A program made the translations under genes and the position numbers. A stretch of 24,000 nucleotides of DNA, from NCBI GenBank assembly GCA_035507915.1, contig DATJNS010000500.1, positions 657 through 24,656 on the forward strand, written 5' to 3'. The notes beneath the pieces are model-generated. The model did no database searches and was not told the DNA's origin. It worked only from the letters and a program-made list of their open reading frames with translations. This DNA is from Candidatus Sulfotelmatobacter sp. (GTDB lineage: Bacteria > Pseudomonadota > Alphaproteobacteria > Elsterales > Elsteraceae). Of the stretch, positions 8,635 to 16,730 are shown piece after piece (the first letter of the stretch is position 1; every line of letters starts with the position of its first letter).

Positions 8635-9867
8635 ATGGACGGGAACACCGCGGTTCAGGGCTGTTTGACCGGCGTCCGGGTGCTCGATTGCACCCAGTTC
8701 GAAGCCGGCCCGTCCTGCACGGAGGCGCTGGCCTGGCTCGGCGCCGAGGTCGTCAAGGTCGAGAACCCGAAGTCGGGCGATCCCGGCCGCGCCTCGTTCG
8801 GCGGCAAGACCAAGGACGCCGATTCCTGGTACTTCCTGCTGTTCAACGCCAACAAGAAGTCGATCGCCGTCAACCTGAAGTCGCCGAGCGGCCTCAAGCT
8901 GGTCAAGGACCTGGCGCGCAAGGCCGACGTCTTCATCGAGAACTTCGCGCCGGGCGCGATCGAGCGGCTCGGGCTCGGCTACGACGTGCTGAAGGCGCTC
9001 AACCCGGGCATCATCTACGCGCAGGTGAAGGGCTTCGGCGAGGGCAGCCCGTACGAGAAGAACCTGGCGTTCGACATGATCGCGCAGGCCTGCGGCGGCG
9101 TCATGAGCATCACGGGCGAGCGCGACGGCCGGCCGAACAAGCCCGGCCCGACCTTGGGCGACACCGGCACCGGCATGCTGATGGCGATCAGCATCCTGGG
9201 CGCGCTCTATCGGCGCCAGGCGACCGGGCAGGGCCAGCGCCTCGCGGTCGCGATGCAGGACGCCATGCTGCACTACATCCGCGTCGCCTTCGCCACCACG
9301 GCGCTCAACGGCAAGCCGGCGATCCGCAACGGCCCCAAGACGATCTCGCCGCCCAACCCGCCGGTCGGCATCTATCCCTGCAAGGGCGGCGGCCCCAACG
9401 ATTACGTCTACGTCTACACCAGCCGCGCCAACCCCGAGCACTGGAAGCGCCTCCTGCAGGTCGTGGGTCGCGAGGACCTGATCGGCGACCCGCGTTACGA
9501 TACGCCGCAGGCGCGCGTCGAGCGCGAGGCCGAGGTCGACGAGATCATCGCGTCGTGGACGAGGCAGCGCACGAAGCACGAAGCCATGAAGCTGATCGGC
9601 GCAGCGGGCGTCCCGTCCGGTGCGGTCAACGACACGCTCGAGCTGCAGAACGATCCCGACTTCGAGCGGCGCGGCATCATGCAGACGATCCAGCATCCGG
9701 TTGCCGGGCCGTTCAAGATGCCGACCTGGCCGGTGCGCCACGACGGCGCGCCCCTCAAGGTCCAACCGGCGCCGCTGCTCGGCCAGCACAACGCCGAGGT
9801 GCTCGCCGACTGGCTGGGTCTGAGCGCCGGCGACGTCGAAGGCCTGCGCAAGGAAGGCGCGCTCTAG
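8635..9867 (+). CDS. Class III (family III) CoA-transferase, CaiB/formyl-CoA transferase-like, copy 2
   Basis: CLTGVRVLDCTQFEAGPSCTEALAWLGAEVVKVENPKSGDPGR..., NANKKSIAVNLKSPSG, VFIENFAPGAIERLGLGYDVL, GDTGTGMLMAISILGAL. The ATG at 8635 is preferred over the GTG at 8590. Confidence 0.94.
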   Translation: MDGNTAVQGCLTGVRVLDCTQFEAGPSCTEALAWLGAEVVKVENPKSGDPGRASFGGKTKDADSWYFLLFNANKKSIAVNLKSPSGLKLVKDLARKADVFIENFAPGAIERLGLGYDVLKALNPGIIYAQVKGFGEGSPYEKNLAFDMIAQACGGVMSITGERDGRPNKPGPTLGDTGTGMLMAISILGALYRRQATGQGQRLAVAMQDAMLHYIRVAFATTALNGKPAIRNGPKTISPPNPPVGIYPCKGGGPNDYVYVYTSRANPEHWKRLLQVVGREDLIGDPRYDTPQARVEREAEVDEIIASWTRQRTKHEAMKLIGAAGVPSGAVNDTLELQNDPDFERRGIMQTIQHPVAGPFKMPTWPVRHDGAPLKVQPAPLLGQHNAEVLADWLGLSAGDVEGLRKEGAL

Positions 9868-9931
9868 CGACGACGTAGGGGCGCGCTCGCCACTGGTGCG
9901 AACGCGCCCTTTGAAAAATGACTCCCTCCCT

Positions 9932-9952
9932 CCTTGTGGGGGAGGGTCGGGG
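9932..9952. repeat. Left arm of 21-bp perfect inverted repeat flanking the DUF559 ORF
   Basis: CCTTGTGGGGGAGGGTCGGGG is the exact reverse complement of 10300-10320. Similarity extends imperfectly over roughly 9921-9960. Confidence 0.93.
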
Positions 9953-9959
9953 AGGGGGC

Positions 9960-10292
9960 ATGAGCTCGCCAAAGGCCCGCGAGCTGCGCATGAACATGAC
10001 CGACGCCGAACGGCGGCTGTGGGCGAGGCTCCGGCGGAAGCAGCTCAATGGGCATCGGTTTCGTCGGCAAGTTCCAATTGGCCCTTACTTCGCGGACTTC
10101 GCCTGCTTTTCCGCTCGACTGGTCATCGAGGTCGACGGCACGGAACACGATCTTGAAAGCGCATACGAGCAGGCGCGCACGGCGCGATTAGAGCGTGATG
10201 GCTTCCACGTACTGCGTTATTGGAATGAGGATGTGCTTAAGTCCACGGACGAAGTGGTCGAGGACATTTGGCGCCACTTGGCTGCACGATGA
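9960..10292 (+). CDS. DUF559 / Vsr-like endonuclease-domain protein
   Basis: MTDAERRLWARLRRKQLNGHRFRRQVPIGPYFADFACFSARLVIEVDGTEHD...ARTARLERDGFHVLRYWNEDVLKSTDEVVEDI, the classic DUF559 core with a nuclease-like D...EVDG motif. The start is at 9960 or the in-frame ATGs just downstream. Confidence 0.88.
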   Translation: MSSPKARELRMNMTDAERRLWARLRRKQLNGHRFRRQVPIGPYFADFACFSARLVIEVDGTEHDLESAYEQARTARLERDGFHVLRYWNEDVLKSTDEVVEDIWRHLAAR

Positions 10293-10299
10293 CCCCCCA

Positions 10300-10320
10300 C
10301 CCCGACCCTCCCCCACAAGG
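10300..10320. repeat. Right arm of 21-bp perfect inverted repeat flanking the DUF559 ORF
   Basis: CCCCGACCCTCCCCCACAAGG, the reverse complement of 9932-9952. The surrounding homology begins at the DUF559 stop codon (TGA 10290-10292). Confidence 0.93.
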
Positions 10321-10382
10321 GGGGAGGGGGAGGGAGGTTGAGGTCGCGGCAGTACCGGATGCAGCACGGACGTGCCTGAGGG

Positions 10383-11318
10383 TCAGTCGGCGAAGGCGGC
10401 GAGCAGCTCCTCGATCGCCTTGAGCTGATTGCCGGCGGCCGAGCTCGGCACCAGGATGGGCGTGGCGACGCCGGCGGCGCGCCACGCCTCGACCGCGTCG
10501 CGCACCGCGGTCTTCGAGCCCGAGATCGTGACGTCGGCGAGCCAGCGGTCGCTCAGGCAGCGCGGCACGTCGTCGAGACGCTGCGCGGCGATCGCGCGTT
10601 CGACCGCCGCCATCTCGTCGCCGTAGCCGGCTTCCTTCCAGTAGTTGCGGTAGTTCGGCAGCATCGCGTAGTGGGTCAGCGACCGTCGGTGCACCGCTTT
10701 CGCCGCCTCGAGATCGCCGGTCACGCAGGTCGGGATCATGTTGCCGATGAAGAAGGCGGGATCGGCGCGCTTGGCGGGCGGCAGCGCCGCCAGCGAGTCG
10801 GCCATGTGGGAGCGGCAGCCGTTGGCGAACACCAGCCCGTCGGCGAGCTCGCCCGCCAGCGCGATCATCTTCTTGCGCAGGGTGGCGACGATGATCGGCG
10901 GCAGCGCGCCCAGGTTCTGGTGGCCGCGTAGTTTGGCGATGAAGTCGCGCGTGTCGGCGAGCGGATTGCCGGGCTTGGCGTCCCAGCGCACGTGCCCCGG
11001 CGCGTGGCTGACGCCGATGCCGAGGCGGAAGCGTCCGCCCGACACTTCGTGCAGGAAGGCGGCGCTATGCGCAAAGTCCCAGACGCTGCGCGAATAGATC
11101 GGCGCGATCGCAGTGCCGAACACGATGCGCTCGGTGGCGAGCGCCAGCGCATCGCAGGTCGCGAGGTTGCCGAACAGGCTGGGCACGTAGATGCCGGCGA
11201 AGCCGCGGCGGTCGTACTCGCGCGCGATCTCCAGGGTGGCGCGGCGGCGGCCGGGTACCGCGACCAGGCTCACGGCGGGCAGAGAGGGCTGGGGCATCGC
11301 GCTACCGATCGATGGCAC
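10383..11318 (-). CDS. LLM-class (luciferase-like) flavin-dependent oxidoreductase
   Basis: 311-aa ORF with AREYDRRGFAGIYVPSLFGNLATCDALALATERIVFGTAIAPIYSRSVWDFAHSAAFLHEVSGGRFRLGIGVSHAP, a luciferase-like monooxygenase pattern. An alternative start is 11297. Confidence 0.88.
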   Translation of the reverse strand: MPSIGSAMPQPSLPAVSLVAVPGRRRATLEIAREYDRRGFAGIYVPSLFGNLATCDALALATERIVFGTAIAPIYSRSVWDFAHSAAFLHEVSGGRFRLGIGVSHAPGHVRWDAKPGNPLADTRDFIAKLRGHQNLGALPPIIVATLRKKMIALAGELADGLVFANGCRSHMADSLAALPPAKRADPAFFIGNMIPTCVTGDLEAAKAVHRRSLTHYAMLPNYRNYWKEAGYGDEMAAVERAIAAQRLDDVPRCLSDRWLADVTISGSKTAVRDAVEAWRAAGVATPILVPSSAAGNQLKAIEELLAAFAD

Positions 11319-11465
11319 GCCCGGTCGCGGGCGTCATGCGAGCATAAGCCGCCGCGGCGCATGAACGCGAGTTAATCCGCTGCGTCGTGCACGGCGGCGG
11401 CGCACCTGCGCGTAACACAACCATCGGCGATCTCGACGTCGAGCGCCGCTTGGCAGGAGGAAGAG

Positions 11466-11804
11466 ATGACCCGCTTCGGCAACCTGATGATGGCTGGCGC
11501 CGCCGCGTTCGTGCTGGCGACCGGTTTTTCGGCCTCGGCGTTCGCCGATACGCCGTGGCAGCAGAGCCATCCGCGCCGCGAGGAGGTCAACAACCGCCTC
11601 GGCTACCAATATCACCGGATCAATCAGGAATATCGCGAGGGCGAGATCAGCCGCGGCCGCGACGCGTACCTGCACCGCGAGGACCGTCAGGTGCGCGGCG
11701 AGGAGCGCTTGATGGCGCGCCAGGACGGCGGCCACATCACCCGCGTCGATCAGCGCGCGCTGAACCAGCAGGAGAACCGCATCAGCCGCCAGATCGGCCG
11801 TTGA
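11466..11804 (+). CDS. Small secreted conserved hypothetical protein
   Basis: AGGAGG Shine-Dalgarno before the ATG, Sec-type signal peptide (MTRFGNLMMAGAAAFVLATGFSASAFA), then a charged helical mature region with NQEYREGEISRGRDAYLHREDRQVRGEERLMARQDGGHITRVDQRALNQQENRISRQIG. Confidence 0.82.
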   Translation: MTRFGNLMMAGAAAFVLATGFSASAFADTPWQQSHPRREEVNNRLGYQYHRINQEYREGEISRGRDAYLHREDRQVRGEERLMARQDGGHITRVDQRALNQQENRISRQIGR

Positions 11805-11817
11805 CCGTCGGTTCCGC

Positions 11818-11854
11818 CACCCCTCCCTCGCGGTCAGCCCGAGGGGGAGGGGTG
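11818..11854. terminator. Imperfect GC-rich hairpin downstream of the small secreted protein gene
   Basis: CACCCCTCCCTCG ... CGAGGGGGAGGGGTG, complementary apart from a 2-nt bulge. Confidence 0.5.
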
Positions 11855-11914
11855 TCGCCTCCGGCCACCCCGGTGTAAGCTCGCCTCCGTTGCGAGCGAC
11901 CCGAGGAGGAAGCG

Positions 11915-12307
11915 GTGGCCAGCTTCACGTACGACCACGTCCACTTGCGCAGCCCGAACCCGGAAGCGACCGCGCTGTGGTACGAGAAAATGTTTGGCGC
12001 GGTGGTCAAGCGGTCGGTGCAGTCCGACGGCCGCAAGCGCGTCGATCTCGATCTCGGCGGCATGACGGTCTTCATCGCGCCGGTGATCGCCGACAAGGGC
12101 ACGGCGTCGCCGCCGGAGGCGCCCTATCTCGGGCTCGAGCATCTCGGCCTGCGCGTCGACGGCATCGACGCGGCGGTCGCCGAGCTCAAGCGCAAGGGCG
12201 CGGAGTTCACCATGGAGCCGACCACGATCCGGCCCGGCGTGCGCATCGCTTTCCTGCGCGGCCCGGAGAACGTCTCGATCGAGATCCTCGACCGCAACGC
12301 CAAGTGA
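11915..12307 (+). CDS. VOC (glyoxalase/bleomycin-resistance/extradiol dioxygenase) superfamily protein
   Basis: FTYDHVHLRSPNPEATALWYEKMFGA..., YLGLEHLGLRVDGIDAAVAELKRKGAEFT..., IAFLRGPENVSIEILDR. The His/His/Glu metal-ligand pattern is plausible. Confidence 0.88.
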   Translation: MASFTYDHVHLRSPNPEATALWYEKMFGAVVKRSVQSDGRKRVDLDLGGMTVFIAPVIADKGTASPPEAPYLGLEHLGLRVDGIDAAVAELKRKGAEFTMEPTTIRPGVRIAFLRGPENVSIEILDRNAK

Positions 12308-12329
12308 AGACGCCTGGCTGAAACGCCGA

Positions 12330-12356
12330 GGGCGCGCCGGATATCCCGGCGCGCCC
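12330..12356. terminator. Strong hairpin between convergent VOC and MFS genes
   Basis: Perfect 11-bp stem GGGCGCGCCGG (12330-12340) - ATATC - CCGGCGCGCCC (12346-12356) just after the VOC stop. A second hairpin CCTCTCC/GGAGAGG lies at 12369-12386. Confidence 0.65.
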
Positions 12357-12397
12357 CCGCGTCGCGGTCCTCTCCCGAGGGAGAGGTGGCAGCTACC

Positions 12398-13672
12398 TCA
12401 AGCGACGACCAGCTCGGCCGTGATCTCCTTGCCATGGGTCTCCGGTCCGAGCAGCAGGGCGAACACGAAGCTCGCGCAGCCGACAGTCGTGCCGATCAGC
12501 ATCGGGATGGCGAAGCCGAAGCCGTGGTCGACCGCGAAGTAGGTCAGGACCGGCGCCACCAAGCCGCCGAAGATGGCGCCCTGGTGGTAGCAGAAGCCGG
12601 TCGCCGTGCCGCGCACCTCGGTCGGGAACCGCTCGCACAGATAGCTCGGGTTCTGGCCGTAGATCGCGCCGGCGAACGCCGCCTGCAGGATGAAGCCGGC
12701 CGAGATCCACAGGAAGTCCGTGGTCAAGAGATAGAGCGGCGCGACCGCGATGCCCATCAGCGCGGGAATGATCATCGACCACCGCCGCCCGATGCGATCG
12801 GCCAAATAGCCCCAAAAGCCCATGGCCAGGAAGCCGAGAGCGTTCGCGAACATCAGCGGCGTTGCGACCAAGGCCGGACTCAAATTGAGGTCCTTCTGCA
12901 GGTGCGTCGCGAACATCGCCCAGATCGAATAGTAGACGACGAAGCCGCTCGCCATCCACCAGCACGCCGTCAGTGTGTTGCCGATCATGCCGCGCTTGAA
13001 GATTTTCAGCAGCGGCACGCGTACTTGGCGTTCTTGCTCGCGCTGCTGCTTCCGGTTCTCGAGCCACACCTCGGGCTCCTTGACGAAGAAGCGGATGTAG
13101 ACCACCGCGAACGCCGGCAGCACGCCGAGCATCAGGAGGCCGCGCCAGCCGATCGAGTTGAAGAGCAGGCCGTAGGCGGCGCTCGACAGCAGGAAGCCGA
13201 GGTTCCACGAGCCTTGCAGCACGCCGCTCATGAAGCCGCGCGAGCGCGTCGGCCATTGCTCCATGGCGAGCGAGGCGCCGGCCGGCCATTCCGCGCCCAT
13301 GAAGATGCCGAGGAGCGCGCGGAAGAAGAACAGGAACGTGAAGGTCGGCGAGAAGCCGGCGATGAAGTTGCAGGCCGAGTAACCCAGGATCGAGAGCATC
13401 AGCGGTCCCTTGCGGCCGATCCGGTCGGCCACCCAGCCCGACCCGGTCGCGCCCACCAGCCGCAGCCACAGCGTGACGGTGAACAGGATCGCCACGTCGG
13501 TCAGCGGGATGCCGAATTCTTTGGCGATCGGCACCATGAGGAGCAGGAAAATGGTGAAATCGAAGGCATCCAGGGTCCAACCAAGCCAAGCGGCCACATA
13601 AGCCAGCCACTGTTCTTTCGTTGGTTCTTTCCACCAAGGGACTTGGCGCGCGTTCGCAGCGGCAATCGTCAT
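12398..13672 (-). CDS. MFS transporter (sugar/metabolite:H+ symporter-like, lactate/sialate-type subgroup)
   Basis: 424-aa hydrophobic ORF with WLGWTLDAFDFTIFLLLMVPIAKEFG, GSGWVADRIGRKGPLMLSILGYS, RALLGIFMGAEWPAGASLAMEQWPTRSRGFMSGVLQGS and YLCERFPTEVRGTATGFCYH. Confidence 0.92.
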   Translation of the reverse strand: MTIAAANARQVPWWKEPTKEQWLAYVAAWLGWTLDAFDFTIFLLLMVPIAKEFGIPLTDVAILFTVTLWLRLVGATGSGWVADRIGRKGPLMLSILGYSACNFIAGFSPTFTFLFFFRALLGIFMGAEWPAGASLAMEQWPTRSRGFMSGVLQGSWNLGFLLSSAAYGLLFNSIGWRGLLMLGVLPAFAVVYIRFFVKEPEVWLENRKQQREQERQVRVPLLKIFKRGMIGNTLTACWWMASGFVVYYSIWAMFATHLQKDLNLSPALVATPLMFANALGFLAMGFWGYLADRIGRRWSMIIPALMGIAVAPLYLLTTDFLWISAGFILQAAFAGAIYGQNPSYLCERFPTEVRGTATGFCYHQGAIFGGLVAPVLTYFAVDHGFGFAIPMLIGTTVGCASFVFALLLGPETHGKEITAELVVA

Positions 13673-13850
13673 CGCAAATACCTCCCGTTTTCAGCACGGA
13701 TGCGGCCTTTTCAGCTCGCTTATGACATTCCGTGATCGCTCGCTTATACACGATTAGCGCGCAATCGGGCAGTACTTCCTATGTCGCATGGGTTGCCGCA
13801 GGGGGGGCGGGGCGACACGGTGCGGGCGTGAAGGCGCGCGGCCGGGAGGA

Positions 13851-14231
13851 TCAACCGAGCGCTTTTTGAACCGCCCCGAGCAGCGCGTCCTTGTCGAACG
13901 GTTTGCGCAGACAGGATACGGCGCCGAACTCGCGCAGCGCGCGCAGGAACATCGACGGATGGGAGCCGCGCTGGCCCGTCATGCCGATGACCGGCATGTC
14001 CGGCACCGACGTCTGAAGACGGCGCACCAGTTCGATGCCGTCCATGTCGGGCATGTAGAGGTCGGTCACCACGAGCGCGGCCGGGTGATCGATCAGGTGG
14101 TAGAGCGCGTCGCGCGACCGGGCGAAACCCGTGGTCGCGTAGCCGGCGCGCTCGAGATAAGTCGAGACGACGTCGAGGTAGGCGTCGTCGTCGTCGATCA
14201 CGACGATGCGGGTCTCGGTCTGCGTTGCCAT
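13851..14231 (-). CDS. Single-domain response regulator (receiver domain only)
   Basis: RIVVIDDDDAYLDVVSTYLERAGY..., phospho-acceptor region LVVTDLYMPDMDGIEL, VIGMTGQ, conserved K in CLRKPFDKDALLGAV. The likely start is 14231 (MATQTETR) rather than 14264. Confidence 0.9.
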   Translation of the reverse strand: MATQTETRIVVIDDDDAYLDVVSTYLERAGYATTGFARSRDALYHLIDHPAALVVTDLYMPDMDGIELVRRLQTSVPDMPVIGMTGQRGSHPSMFLRALREFGAVSCLRKPFDKDALLGAVQKALG

Positions 14232-14349
14232 GGCCGATGGAACTCCAGGAGAGGACGCGGGCACGGTGGCGCCGGTCGCGTTCGGGTTGGCGCAAATCTA
14301 GAGTGGCTGGGGCGCCGACGCGCGCCCGCGGTGGCATAGCGCCGGGGTT

Positions 14350-14375
14350 CTATCGGATAGGGGGATAGCTATCCC
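14350..14375. promoter_or_regulatory. Adjacent palindromes CTATCGGATAG and GGGATAGCTATCCC upstream of the MscS-type gene
   Basis: CTATC-G-GATAG (14350-14360) is followed by the perfect 14-bp palindrome GGGATAGCTATCCC (14362-14375), in the divergent gap between the receiver gene and mscS. Confidence 0.45.
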
Positions 14376-14397
14376 GAGGCGGGGAGCCTGTCCCCCG

Positions 14398-16626
14398 ATG
14401 GCCGGTTTCGCTAGACTCTGGGCCTCGCGGCAAGCTCGGGTCGGGCGCATGTTTCTGCGGTTTCGGCGTGCATCGGCCGGCGCGCTGGCGGCGCTGGTGC
14501 TGGCGTTGCTCCTACCGGGGATCGGTCCCGGGGCGCTCGCGCAGGCGCCGGCGACGATTCGCGGCGACCACCAGGCCGAGGATCTCGGCCGACTGCTCGA
14601 CTCGGCGCACGGCCAGAACATCGTCGTGCAGATCGCGCCGGCGGCCGGCCCGCCCGCGTCGCGCGGCGAGCGCCTCGAGGCCTCGGTGGCGACCTGGTGG
14701 CAGGACGCCGCCGACGACTTCCAGGCCGGGCTCGACCGCGGCATCCAGGGCACGCGCGCGCTGCCGCGGCTGGTCGACGACTTCGAGCGGTCCTGGGACG
14801 CGCGCCGCAATGCCGGCTCGACCGGTGAGGCGGTGGAGCGCATCGCCGCCATCCTGATCGGCGGCATCGCGGTCGGCCTGTTCGTGCGCTGGCTGTTGCG
14901 CGCGGTCTTCCGGACGCGGGTGTCGAGCACCTTCTCCGCTCGGCTCGTCCTCGTCGCCGTGCGCGCGCTGGCCGACCTGATCGCGCTCGCCGCGTACGGG
15001 ATCACCGCGTTCAAGCTGCGCGATGCGCTGCTCGACCAGCCCGATCTGGCGCGCTTCGTCGCCACCGATCTCAGCCACGCGATCGTGTCGTTCTGTTTCT
15101 ACTGGACCGGTGCGCGCTTCCTGCTGGCGCCCGACCCGTTCGGCCGCCGCATGCTCCCGATCGATCGGCCCGCCTGGCACTACGCCATGGTGATGCGCTA
15201 CGCCGCAGGCTCGATCTTCATCTATGTGACCGTCACCCTGATCGCGGAGATCGGCAACGCCGACCAGGTGGCCGGCTGGTATCTGCTGACCGCGAGCGCG
15301 ATCCTGCTCTTCAAGTTGTGGTGGTTCTGGAACGCGCGCCTGGATTTTGCCGCGCTGGCACGCCTGTCGGGCGACGGCCTGCTGGCGCGCGGGGCGGGCG
15401 CCGTGGCAGCCTGGGTGCTGATCGGCGTCGCGCTGGCCGACTGGGTGGTCGGCCAGTTCGCCGCGGTGCTGACCGACGGTGTGTGGTGGGGCGTCGCGGC
15501 CGGCACCACCCAGATCGCGGTGGCGCTGCTGCCGATCATCGCCGCCGGTGCCGACTTGACGGTCGCGGCGGCGCTCGGCGCCGAGGACCCGGACGTGCCG
15601 CCGCTGCGCAAGGCGACGATCGCGGTCGGCCGCGCGCTCGCCTGCGGCGGCGTGTGGATCCTCGGCGTGGTCGCGCTCGCCGAGATGTGGGGCGTCTACC
15701 TGCTGACGCCGGGGTCCGCGATCGCGGCGGCGACGCTGCGCGTGGTGCTGACCTTGGGCATCGCGCTGGTCACCGGCTGGACCTTGTGGCGGTTCGCGTC
15801 GGCCTACCTGGCCGAGCACGCGCCGAAGCCGCGCGCGGTGCTGCCCGGCGTCGAGGACGAGACGGCCGAGCCGCCGGCGCAGACCCGGCTGGCGACGGCC
15901 TTGCCGCTGGTGCGCGTCGTCATCCTCGGCGCGGTGCTGGGCACGACCGGGCTGATCGTGCTGTCGACCTTGGGCGTCGACATCGGGCCGCTGCTCGCCG
16001 GGTTCGGCGTGATCGGCCTGGCGATCTCGTTCGGCTCGCAGGCGCTGGTGCGCGACATCGTCTCGGGCATCTTCTTCATGGCCGACGACGCCTTCCGCAT
16101 CGGCGAGTACATCGACACCGGCCGTCTCAAGGGCACGGTCGAGAAGATCACCCTGCGCTCGGTCCAGCTGCGCCACCAGAGCGGCCTCGTGCATACCATC
16201 CCGTTCGGCCAGCTGCAGGCGATCACCAACGCCAGCCGCGACTGGGCGACCGTCAAGTTCAACATCCGGCTCGAGCGCGGCAGCGATCTCGAGCGGGCGC
16301 GCAAGATCATCAAGCGCGTGGGCCAGGAGATGCTCGAGGACCCGGAGCTCGCCAACGAGATCATCCTGCCCCTCAAGCTGCAGGGCGTCGCCGAGATCAC
16401 CGACAGCGCGATCGTGTGCCGGCTCAAGGTCACGGCCAAGCCGGCGCGCTCGAGCTGGGTCCAGCGCGAGGCGCTGAAGCGCGTCTACGGCGCGCTCGAG
16501 GCCGAGGGCATCTCGTTCGCGCAGGGCGCCGTCACGGTGCGGTCGGCCGACGATCACCTGCCGGCGCCGGTCGCGGGCGGCGCCAGCGTCGCCGCGCTGC
16601 CCGCGCCCAGCGAAGCCGCGGGCTAG
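14398..16626 (+). CDS. Large MscS-family mechanosensitive ion channel with N-terminal signal peptide
   Basis: C-terminal MscS core: LSTLGVDIGPLLAGFGVIGLAISFGSQALVRDIVSGIFFMADDAFRIGEYIDTGRLKGTVEKITLRSVQLRHQSGLVHTIPFGQLQAITNASRDW. The signal peptide MFLRFRRASAGALAALVLALLLPGIGPGALAQ suggests the real start may be 14449. Confidence 0.92.
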   Translation: MAGFARLWASRQARVGRMFLRFRRASAGALAALVLALLLPGIGPGALAQAPATIRGDHQAEDLGRLLDSAHGQNIVVQIAPAAGPPASRGERLEASVATWWQDAADDFQAGLDRGIQGTRALPRLVDDFERSWDARRNAGSTGEAVERIAAILIGGIAVGLFVRWLLRAVFRTRVSSTFSARLVLVAVRALADLIALAAYGITAFKLRDALLDQPDLARFVATDLSHAIVSFCFYWTGARFLLAPDPFGRRMLPIDRPAWHYAMVMRYAAGSIFIYVTVTLIAEIGNADQVAGWYLLTASAILLFKLWWFWNARLDFAALARLSGDGLLARGAGAVAAWVLIGVALADWVVGQFAAVLTDGVWWGVAAGTTQIAVALLPIIAAGADLTVAAALGAEDPDVPPLRKATIAVGRALACGGVWILGVVALAEMWGVYLLTPGSAIAAATLRVVLTLGIALVTGWTLWRFASAYLAEHAPKPRAVLPGVEDETAEPPAQTRLATALPLVRVVILGAVLGTTGLIVLSTLGVDIGPLLAGFGVIGLAISFGSQALVRDIVSGIFFMADDAFRIGEYIDTGRLKGTVEKITLRSVQLRHQSGLVHTIPFGQLQAITNASRDWATVKFNIRLERGSDLERARKIIKRVGQEMLEDPELANEIILPLKLQGVAEITDSAIVCRLKVTAKPARSSWVQREALKRVYGALEAEGISFAQGAVTVRSADDHLPAPVAGGASVAALPAPSEAAG

Positions 16627-16730
16627 TCGCCGGCGGCGCGTCCGGGGGCCGTCCGGCGGCGCCCGTCTGGAGCGCGCCGGCCGGGTCTGCTAGCCTCGCT
16701 CGTCCGCTCCATTGGAAAGGGATTGACCCC

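Noticed and set aside
11432-11443. Palindrome CTCGACGTCGAG upstream of the small secreted protein gene
   Set aside because: Short GC-rich palindromes of this size are expected by chance in DNA of this composition, and no repeated partner site was seen.
12386-13735. 449-aa plus-strand ORF and 452-aa minus-strand ORF (12393-13751) overlapping the MFS gene
   Set aside because: Both are shadow frames of the MFS transporter coding sequence. Only 12398-13672 minus shows transmembrane and MFS motifs.
15318-16730. Long N-terminal extension of the HD-domain ORF across mscS
   Set aside because: Overlaps mscS in another frame with low-complexity Arg/Gly/Ala sequence. The HD protein has a natural start at 16731 with an upstream purine-rich site.
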